Positions 20,004 through 27,136 of a DNA stretch of 64,000 nt are shown here, one piece after another. The notes under the pieces are model-generated. The model saw only the letters and a list, made by a program, of their open reading frames with translations. It did not search any database and was not told the origin of the DNA. Source of the DNA: Deltaproteobacteria bacterium (GTDB lineage Bacteria; JAMCPX01); contig JAMCPX010000008.1 of the NCBI GenBank assembly GCA_023382265.1, positions 84,274-148,273 of the forward strand, given 5' to 3'. The translations under genes and the position numbers were made by a program. How positions within the stretch are numbered: position 1 is the stretch's first letter; each line of letters starts with the position of its first letter.

Positions 20004-20093
20004 GGAGAGGTACCGAAGTGGTCATAACGGGCCCGCCTCGAAAGCGGGTATCCTGGGCAACCGGGAACGTGGGTTCGAATCCCACCCTCTCCG
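20004..20093 (+). tRNA. tRNA-Ser (anticodon CGA)
   Basis: A cloverleaf is readable: acceptor GGAGAGG/CCTCTCC, D-arm, anticodon stem CCCGC/GCGGG with loop CUCGAAA (anticodon CGA), a long variable arm (class II), T-arm GTGGG-TTCGAAT-CCCAC and discriminator G. CCA is not encoded. Confidence 0.9.
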
Positions 20094-20237
20094 TTAATGA
20101 GGGATGGCACTGTTTAATCCAAAAAAAGTGCAGCAGGAAAGTTTGCCTTTTAATTTTTCAAATACATTATTCCGGCTGGCTTATTTTTACTTGAATTATC
20201 GGTGTTTTTATTCTATCCTCCTTAAAAGAGGTATTCT

Positions 20238-20663
20238 ATGGCAGAACAGATTTCCGTATTTATAGAAAATATTGCAGGCAGACTGAAAGAGATTACCGCT
20301 TTACTGAAAAATGCTAACATTGATATAAAGGCTATAACAATAGCGGATGCGCCGGATTTTGGGGTTGTGAGGATGATCGTTGATAACACAAAAAAGGCAT
20401 TGAGTCTGCTCAGAAGCGCAAAGTTTATAACAAGAACAACGGACGTTGTTGCAGTAAAGATCGAAAACAAGCCGGGCAGCCTGTTCAATGTGCTGAAAGT
20501 GCTTGAAAAATCGAACATCGATATAGAGTATCTTTACTCTTATACTGCAAGCCCACGTGAACATGCCATTCTCGTGTTCCGGTTTGATAATAATGAATCT
20601 GCCCAAAAGGCACTGTCGAATTCACAAATATCGATTTTATCTACAGAAGAACTGTTAAAATAA
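20238..20663 (+). CDS. Tandem ACT-domain protein
   Basis: Has two ~70 aa ACT-like repeats (..VFIENIAGRL..; ..VKIENKPGSLFNVLKVL..). Confidence 0.7.
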   Translation: MAEQISVFIENIAGRLKEITALLKNANIDIKAITIADAPDFGVVRMIVDNTKKALSLLRSAKFITRTTDVVAVKIENKPGSLFNVLKVLEKSNIDIEYLYSYTASPREHAILVFRFDNNESAQKALSNSQISILSTEELLK

Positions 20664-20734
20664 AAAGAGGAGGACTCTATGAAAAAATCCTTTCAAGATC
20701 GGGTCAGAGATCCTGAACCGGCAGGAAGCGTATT

Positions 20735-21565
20735 ATGACTACAAACAAAGAGGGCATGATAAAATCCAAAGACGGTACAGAGATATTTTACAAATACATA
20801 CTTACGGATAAGCCAAAGGCGTCCGTTTTCATTGTCCACGGACTTGGAGAGCACCTCGGCAGGTATGATAACGTAACAAACACACTGAAAGAGTATAACC
20901 TTTTCCTCCTGGATCTCAGGGGCCACGGCAAGTCTGGAGGCAAAAGGGGGCATGCTATGCGTTTTGATGAGTACCTCGATGATGTGGATGCACTCAGGAA
21001 CGAGGTGAAGGGGCTTGTCCAGGGGAAAACATTCATTCTTGGCCACAGTATGGGAGGGCTCATCGTTTTGCGGTATGCCATCTACAGGCCGGAAGGCATT
21101 TCAGGCGTTGTATCTTCGGGACCGCTGCTCGGGGTAAACGTGAAGGTACCGAAGATTAAAGATGTGATCGGCAGGCTTGTCGCCAATCTTGCTCCGGGCC
21201 TGTCCATGAGCAACGAGATAGATACGAGTAAACTGTCTCACGATAAGGCTGTGGTCGATGCATACAACAACGACCCCCTTGTCCATGCAAAGGTCAGTGC
21301 ACGATGGTATGTTGAAATGGTAAAGGCAATGGAGGATACAAACGCGAATGCAGGCAGATTGTCCATACCGTGCCTGATACTGCATGGCAGTGCCGATGCG
21401 CTCACAAACCCTGGATCGTCAAAGGAGTTTTTTGAAAAGGCCGGTTCCAAAGACAAAACGTACAAACTGTACGAGGGTTATTATCACGAGGTATATAACG
21501 AAGTCGAAAAGCAGAAGCCGCTTTCCGATATGGCGGAATGGCTGAACAAGAGAGCCCAGGAGTAA
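20735..21565 (+). CDS. Alpha/beta hydrolase, lysophospholipase/monoacylglycerol-lipase family
   Basis: Has HGLGEHLGRY and a GHSMGG nucleophile elbow, and is about 276 aa. GC is higher than in the flanking DNA. Confidence 0.8.
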   Translation: MTTNKEGMIKSKDGTEIFYKYILTDKPKASVFIVHGLGEHLGRYDNVTNTLKEYNLFLLDLRGHGKSGGKRGHAMRFDEYLDDVDALRNEVKGLVQGKTFILGHSMGGLIVLRYAIYRPEGISGVVSSGPLLGVNVKVPKIKDVIGRLVANLAPGLSMSNEIDTSKLSHDKAVVDAYNNDPLVHAKVSARWYVEMVKAMEDTNANAGRLSIPCLILHGSADALTNPGSSKEFFEKAGSKDKTYKLYEGYYHEVYNEVEKQKPLSDMAEWLNKRAQE

Positions 21566-21567
21566 CC

Positions 21568-23133
21568 ATGTACAAATACAAAACCATTAAAGAACTGATA
21601 TCTGGTCAGGCAAAAGCAAAGCCGGACAAGGTATTCATGTATTATAAGGATATGACAAAAACCCTGCGGGAGCTCGATGATATATCGAATAGAATAGGCA
21701 ATGGCTTGCTTTCGCTCGGCGTTAAAAAGGGTGACAGGGTAACAATGCTTATACCGAACAGGCCCGAGTTTATCTATGCATGGTTCTCATTGATGAAGAC
21801 AGGGGCTGTTATGGTACCGATCAATATCCAGTTCAAACCGGACGAAATAAAATACATTATCAATAATTCCGAAGCCGGCACGCTTATAACGACCGGTGCA
21901 TTCCAGGATACGGTCACAAAGATACGGGGCGAACTGCCGCAGCTGCAGCATATCATCGTCATCGATCCAAAAGATAAGACAGGCATAATTCCCTTTGAAG
22001 ATGTAGTATCGGCGAATCCGTCTGAGCCGGCCGTTGCTGTCGGTGAGTATGATTATGCATCATTCATCTATACCTCGGGCACCACGGGTTATCCCAAGGG
22101 AGTGATAGATACAAACCGCAATTACATCGCGAATGCCCACCAGATTGCCGAGGCCGCTGATTTTACCGAGAAAGACAGGGCTATGCTCATACTGCCATTG
22201 TTCCACTGCAATGCACAGGTCGTTACCGTGCTTGCACCGATGTACGCAGGTGCAAGTTTTGTTCTGATGGAAGGGTTCTCTCCAAAGGATTTTCTGCCGG
22301 CAATCGATAAGTACAGGCCCTCGACATTCAGCGGGGTGCCGACTGTCTATGCAATTCTAAACAGTCTGCCCGATGCCGGGAAGTACGACCTTTCCTCCCT
22401 GAGGTTTGTTATATGCGGAGCGGCGCCCATGCCGGTCGAGGTATTCAACACGTTCGAGGAAAAGTACAAGGCGTTTATACTCGAAGGCTACGGTCTTTCA
22501 GAGGCAACCTGTGCCAGCATCATTAACCCGTTAAAGGGTAAGAGGAAAATAGGCTCTATCGGCAAGCCTCTCAACGGCCAGGATGCAAGGATCCTCGATG
22601 AAAACAACAAAGAACTGCCGCAGGGACAGATTGGAGAGATCTGCATCAAGGGCGATGTGGTCATGGCAGGTTATTACAAAAACCCCGAGGCAACGGCAGC
22701 CACGATAAAGGACGGATGGCTGCATACCGGTGATCTCGGTTACATGGACGAGGAAGGATACATCTACATCATAGGCAGAAAAAAAGAGATGATCATACGC
22801 GGCGGGGAAAACATCTATCCCAAAGAGATAGAAGAGGTTTTGTACAAGTATCAGAAAGTACAGGATGCGGCTGTCGTCGGCATACCTGATCCCAAATGGG
22901 GAGAAGAGGTGTTCGGGTTTATAGTGCCGAAACAGGGCATGCAAATAGCAGAGCAGGATCTTGTGGACTTTTTAAAAGAAAAGATAGCCAATTACAAGAT
23001 ACCGAAGAAGTTTGTTATTACGGATGCCTTTCCCAAGACAGCAACAGGCAAGATACAAAAGAATAAGATCATCGGGCAGTATGCACAAGAACACGGGATC
23101 GATCTTTCAAAGAAGTTTGCCGCAAAAAAATAA
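21568..23133 (+). CDS. Long-chain fatty acid-CoA ligase (AMP-binding enzyme, FadD-like)
   Basis: Has the AMP-binding motif I (SFIYTSGTTGYPKGV), motif II (GYGLSE) and the C-terminal lysine region. The start was set at ATG 21568, which follows an AGGAG RBS. Confidence 0.85.
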   Translation: MYKYKTIKELISGQAKAKPDKVFMYYKDMTKTLRELDDISNRIGNGLLSLGVKKGDRVTMLIPNRPEFIYAWFSLMKTGAVMVPINIQFKPDEIKYIINNSEAGTLITTGAFQDTVTKIRGELPQLQHIIVIDPKDKTGIIPFEDVVSANPSEPAVAVGEYDYASFIYTSGTTGYPKGVIDTNRNYIANAHQIAEAADFTEKDRAMLILPLFHCNAQVVTVLAPMYAGASFVLMEGFSPKDFLPAIDKYRPSTFSGVPTVYAILNSLPDAGKYDLSSLRFVICGAAPMPVEVFNTFEEKYKAFILEGYGLSEATCASIINPLKGKRKIGSIGKPLNGQDARILDENNKELPQGQIGEICIKGDVVMAGYYKNPEATAATIKDGWLHTGDLGYMDEEGYIYIIGRKKEMIIRGGENIYPKEIEEVLYKYQKVQDAAVVGIPDPKWGEEVFGFIVPKQGMQIAEQDLVDFLKEKIANYKIPKKFVITDAFPKTATGKIQKNKIIGQYAQEHGIDLSKKFAAKK

Positions 23134-23177
23134 GCATACAGCTACTTTCAATACGCAAGAGAAAATTGAGAAGTAAG

Positions 23178-23828
23178 ATGTCGTGGAATAAGGATTATGA
23201 AAAGTCGGGTAGGATATGGGGAGAAAATCCAGGAGAACTTGCAAAAGCCGCAGTCCGATATCTGAAAAAAAACAAGTCCGCCAGCGAAAGCCTTAATCTT
23301 CTGGACATTGGTTGCGGCTACGGAAGGGACGCATTCTATCTTTCGGACAATCTTCAATGCAATACTCTTGGAATAGATGTCTCGGAAAAGGCAACAGAGA
23401 TTGCAATGAGTACGGTCATAAAAACAAAAAAAAACAATATCATGTTTCAATCCATTGATTTTGCATCACTGGGAGGAGACAAATATGATATTGTGTTTGC
23501 CTCGAACGTATATCAGATCCTGCATCCGCATGAAAGGGAGGCATTCAGGGTTGCGGCAAAAAAAGCATTAAGGCCGGAAGGTCTGCTGTTCCTTGCTACC
23601 CTTTCCACAAGGGATCCAGAGCATTACGGTAAAGGCATGAAGGTTGAAGGAGAAGAAAACTCTTTTAAAGACGAGAAGTACCTCCATTTTTGTACGAAGG
23701 AAGAGCTCATGCAAGACTTCGGATTTCTGAACATAAAAGAGCTCTATGAGCAGCAGTACACCGAGCCCCGCTCAACCGGAGAAACCCACCACCACGTATC
23801 ATGGATACTGATAGGGTTTGCATCTTAA
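23178..23828 (+). CDS. Class I SAM-dependent methyltransferase
   Basis: Has motif I (LDIGCGYGRDAF) and later motifs. The ORF-track start at 23166 is a TTG, so ATG 23178 is preferred. Confidence 0.7.
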   Translation: MSWNKDYEKSGRIWGENPGELAKAAVRYLKKNKSASESLNLLDIGCGYGRDAFYLSDNLQCNTLGIDVSEKATEIAMSTVIKTKKNNIMFQSIDFASLGGDKYDIVFASNVYQILHPHEREAFRVAAKKALRPEGLLFLATLSTRDPEHYGKGMKVEGEENSFKDEKYLHFCTKEELMQDFGFLNIKELYEQQYTEPRSTGETHHHVSWILIGFAS

Positions 23829-24211
23829 CCAATGTCCAGACTTTGTCATCAAAAAACGCAATAGAAAGTTGACCATAGGATGAACAGTTCCTTGGTGAAC
23901 GATCTTGCCGTATACCTTGCAATAGTATATGAATAAAACGATGCATCTGTCCCGGTCTTCGAAATGAGCCTCGATTACAGCTTCAACGACTGGCATCCGA
24001 TCTGATTCCGGGAAACGACCTTTACCTCATCTGATATAAGAGCATGGGCCGTACCCATTCCCCTGCTGTACCGACCCTTGACCACTACCTCCCCATGATT
24101 TACACAATGGCACTGCGGGAGAAGCATGAACCCCTCACGTTCATATATGAAGGATTCCAGCACGCCTCGATCTAAAGAGGTCCTTCAAGATCGATGTATA
24201 AACCAGCATAG

Positions 24212-24379
24212 GTACAGCAGCAAATATTATCTCCTAATGCAGCTATTATACCGGACAGATTGATGAAAGAACTTAAAACTATTACTCCGGAGAAATCAAA
24301 GACCGCCTTGATTTCCGAAGCTCTGGAAGAATATATTAATAAAAAACGCAGAGAGAAATTAGTGTCCCTCAAGGGATAA
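24212..24379 (+). pseudogene. Truncated VapB-type antitoxin fragment
   Basis: The short ORF ends ...KTITPEKSKTALISEALEEYINKKRREKL. This resembles the C-terminal helix of VapB/DUF2191-type antitoxins, but the N-terminal DNA-binding part is missing. Confidence 0.4.
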
Positions 24380-24452
24380 ATCAATATAGAATACGACTGG
24401 AAAATCGAAGAGGGAAGGGAACTAATGACTGCGAAAGAAAAAGAGAAGGGAT

Positions 24453-24831
24453 ATGGCAGAAAGCATAATCGCTGACACGTGTGTCTGGATCGCATATTTC
24501 AGGGGAGAGCCGGCACTATCCAGAAAACTGGAGACCTTGAAAAAAGGGATGCCGTCTCTATTTGTGGAATTGTTTTATACTAGTTGCTCCAAGGGTTAAA
24601 GGACGAAAATGAAAAGAGAGTAATAGGTGACGCTTTCAAAGGACTCCGCTATATTGAAATGCACGAGGATACATGGAAGGGGCTGGCGTATTGACGAAAG
24701 ATATGAAGAGAACCGGTATCACACTGCCGCCATCGGATATTTTTCTCGCTCAGCTTTCAATAGAAAACAACTGCAAGATTTTCACAATAGACAGTTATTT
24801 TAAGAGAATTCCGGGAATAAATCTCTTATAA
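24453..24831 (+). pseudogene. VapC (PIN-domain) toxin gene disrupted by frameshifts
   Basis: The N-terminus MAESIIADTCVWIAYFRGE is the PIN DTSVWI motif. The frame hits a stop after ~48 aa. The PIN C-terminus (ITLPPSDIFLAQLSIENNCKIFTIDSYF) resumes in a different frame. Confidence 0.6.
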
Positions 24832-24943
24832 GTCAATGGCCACCTTGACATCGGAACAGTACGTTCCTATTCAGTGTTTCAAAAGGTATAAAGCGTATAT
24901 ACAACCCATACTCTTTCTCCTGTTAGAATGTCCCTTTTACCGT

Positions 24944-26344
24944 TTACACGCAGCAGGAAAGCCCGGATATGTCCTTGACAAACGAGAGAGCGCAGGTCTT
25001 GATCGCCTCTGAAAGTGTTGGGAATACGGGCGTTGAGTCGATCACATCGTAGATAGTGTTCTTGTTCTTTATAAGTATCATAGCCTGTGCAATCAGTTCG
25101 CCTGCATTGGGTGCGAGTATGTGGACACCGAGGATCTGGCCTGACTTCGGATGAACAGCCATCTTGATCAAACCTTCTGTTCTATTGAGGATAATCGCCT
25201 TGGGAATATTCTTTAACTCAACGCTTCTGCATGCACAGGTGTTCATCCTGTTCATCTGCTCCTGTTCTATAAGCCCCGCACCTGCAAGCTGCGGATCGGT
25301 AAAGATGGTATACGGCACGGCATCGTAATCCATCGTGAGCTTTGAGCCTGCCAATGCATTCTCAGCGGCAATACTGCCTTCCCTGCCGGCTGTTGTCTCA
25401 AGTCTGGATGGCTGGTTTATCACATCCCCAGCTGCAAACACATTTTCATTCTTTGTTGTGAGATATTGATTCACGATAACCGCATGACGCCTGTCTGTTT
25501 CGACGCCTGATTTATCAAGATCAAGGTCTTTTGTGTTTGGTGTCTTGCCGGTTGCAAGCAGTATCTCGTCACCGCTGACCTCATATTCTGTTTTGTCAAT
25601 ACGATACATTACGACCTTCTTCTTGCCCTTTTTGTATGCCCTTTTCACCTTTGCGCGGGTTTTCATTGTTATGCCTTCTTCTGTAAGCAATGATTCAAGC
25701 CTGTTGACGACCTCTTCTTCACCGGGCTGGAATATCGATGGTTGAAATTCGAGGATCGTTACCTTCGAGCCAAAGCGTGCATACATCTGGGCAAACTCAA
25801 GTCCGAGAGGGCCCGCGCCGACAATGATCAATTCCAATGGCAACACCTTTAACTTCAGGGCCCTTGTGTGTGTGATAAACCCTGTCTCTTTTATACCTTC
25901 TATAGGCGGGACGCTCGCGGTAGAGCCTGTCGCTATAATGATCTTTTTTGCACGGAAGGTTTTACCATCAGCCCTGACCTCGTCTTTTGACGTAAAAGAT
26001 GCCCTTCCCTGAAGAACGGTTACATGCTCGAGACGCTTCAGCACCTTGTCATACTTTTCTTTCCGCATGATCGCAACAAGGTCCAGCTCATGCTGGATGA
26101 CCTCCTTAAAATCAAAGGATTTCACGTTAAGCTCAATCCCCGGAATACCATGATGCCGTGCAAGATGCAATAATTCGCCTGCATACAGCAGTGCCTTCGA
26201 AGGCACGCAGCCGACATTTACACACGTGCCGCCGAGCGGCATACCGTCGTTTATCATGAGCGTTTTAGCATTAAGCTCATTTGCCCTGATTGCCGCTGCA
26301 AAACCGCCTGCACCCGCGCCTATTACAATTAAATCATAATCCAT
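24944..26344 (-). CDS. merA: Mercuric reductase MerA (core enzyme, no N-terminal HMA/NmerA domain)
   Basis: Has an FAD-binding N-terminus, the redox-active GGTCVNVGCVPSK motif, and a C-terminal ...KDISGLSCCV carrying the MerA-specific vicinal Cys pair. It lies in a higher-GC segment. Confidence 0.8.
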   Translation of the reverse strand: MDYDLIVIGAGAGGFAAAIRANELNAKTLMINDGMPLGGTCVNVGCVPSKALLYAGELLHLARHHGIPGIELNVKSFDFKEVIQHELDLVAIMRKEKYDKVLKRLEHVTVLQGRASFTSKDEVRADGKTFRAKKIIIATGSTASVPPIEGIKETGFITHTRALKLKVLPLELIIVGAGPLGLEFAQMYARFGSKVTILEFQPSIFQPGEEEVVNRLESLLTEEGITMKTRAKVKRAYKKGKKKVVMYRIDKTEYEVSGDEILLATGKTPNTKDLDLDKSGVETDRRHAVIVNQYLTTKNENVFAAGDVINQPSRLETTAGREGSIAAENALAGSKLTMDYDAVPYTIFTDPQLAGAGLIEQEQMNRMNTCACRSVELKNIPKAIILNRTEGLIKMAVHPKSGQILGVHILAPNAGELIAQAMILIKNKNTIYDVIDSTPVFPTLSEAIKTCALSFVKDISGLSCCV

Positions 26345-26522
26345 ATTGCCTCCTTTTAAAGAGTAGAAAGTGCTCTTCAGAGCGCTCTCGACTTGTAGTA
26401 TGTATTAATACTTTAGCTGTTTTTCAGTAACTATGCAAATCTCGTCGATATGCAGTACACTTATCATTTTTGTCTTCTTTCAAAATTCTTTGTCTCTGTA
26501 TAGTCCTCATTGTTTTTATTCA

Positions 26523-26672
26523 TCGCTCTTCACCCTCCATTGCCTCAAGGATGTGGCATTCGCTTACAGGACCCTTTCCTATGCATGCCAGGATCAACTT
26601 TGCCAGCGCCTTCTTCATCCTCTGGAGCGTCCGGATCTTTGCTTCGATGTCTTCTATTTTTGCTTCCGTGAG
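26523..26672 (-). pseudogene. MerR-family regulator C-terminal fragment (dimerisation helix plus metal-binding Cys loop)
   Basis: LTEAKIEDIEAKIRTLQRMKKALAKLILACIGKGPVSECHILEAMEGEER* matches the MerR coiled-coil and Cys-X8-Cys metal loop. No HTH-encoding N-terminus was found in any frame upstream. It sits in frame directly after the TGA of the small membrane ORF. Confidence 0.55.
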
Positions 26673-26945
26673 TCAGTGTACTGTGCCAAAGAGAGCCCTG
26701 TAACCTACAGAAGCCCTGCCTATCCCCATACTCCATAAAAATGCATAGATGACGGCAAAGACAATGCCCAACATGAAATGCATCATTAAGCCAAGTGGTA
26801 TAACTCCTTCCTTCTTGAATATGGAACCGGGTAATCCCACAATTTCCATCTTCGTCATACCCATCTTGGATGCCGCAACCATTACCATAGACATTACAAT
26901 TGTTTTGACTATGCCGGCAACAACTGCTCCTATTATGTTTATCAT
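26673..26945 (-). CDS. Small hydrophobic membrane protein (unknown)
   Basis: Is 90 aa with about 3 TM segments, no Cys pairs (so not MerT/MerP) and unknown function. It may be a gene remnant. Confidence 0.35.
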   Translation of the reverse strand: MINIIGAVVAGIVKTIVMSMVMVAASKMGMTKMEIVGLPGSIFKKEGVIPLGLMMHFMLGIVFAVIYAFLWSMGIGRASVGYRALFGTVH

Positions 26946-27136
26946 ATGCTACCTCTTTATCGCCGTGCAGTTCCTTTATCTCTTCAGGATACCCCATCCT
27001 GAACAGGTTTCCCATATACAACCATTGAAGTTGCAGCTCCGGCGGACATTGAACCCGCGGCCTCGCCGTTTTCCTTTACACCCTGTTTGTGCCGCACAAG
27101 CATGTTGATCAAAGATTGTAGTGAATTAACTGGTCT

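Noticed and set aside
19943-20194. 83-aa ORF on + strand
   Set aside because: It completely overlaps the tRNA-Ser gene, so it is a spurious ORF.
23799-24163. Two - strand ORFs (65 and 62 aa) between the methyltransferase and the vapB fragment
   Set aside because: Only faint S4-like resemblance in one of them and no RBS. They are probably decayed remnants within the island and are not called.
26545-27021. 158-aa ORF (- strand) overlapping the small membrane ORF and the MerR fragment
   Set aside because: Its composition is not protein-like (Cys/His/Arg-rich, low complexity). It is an alternative frame of a decayed region.
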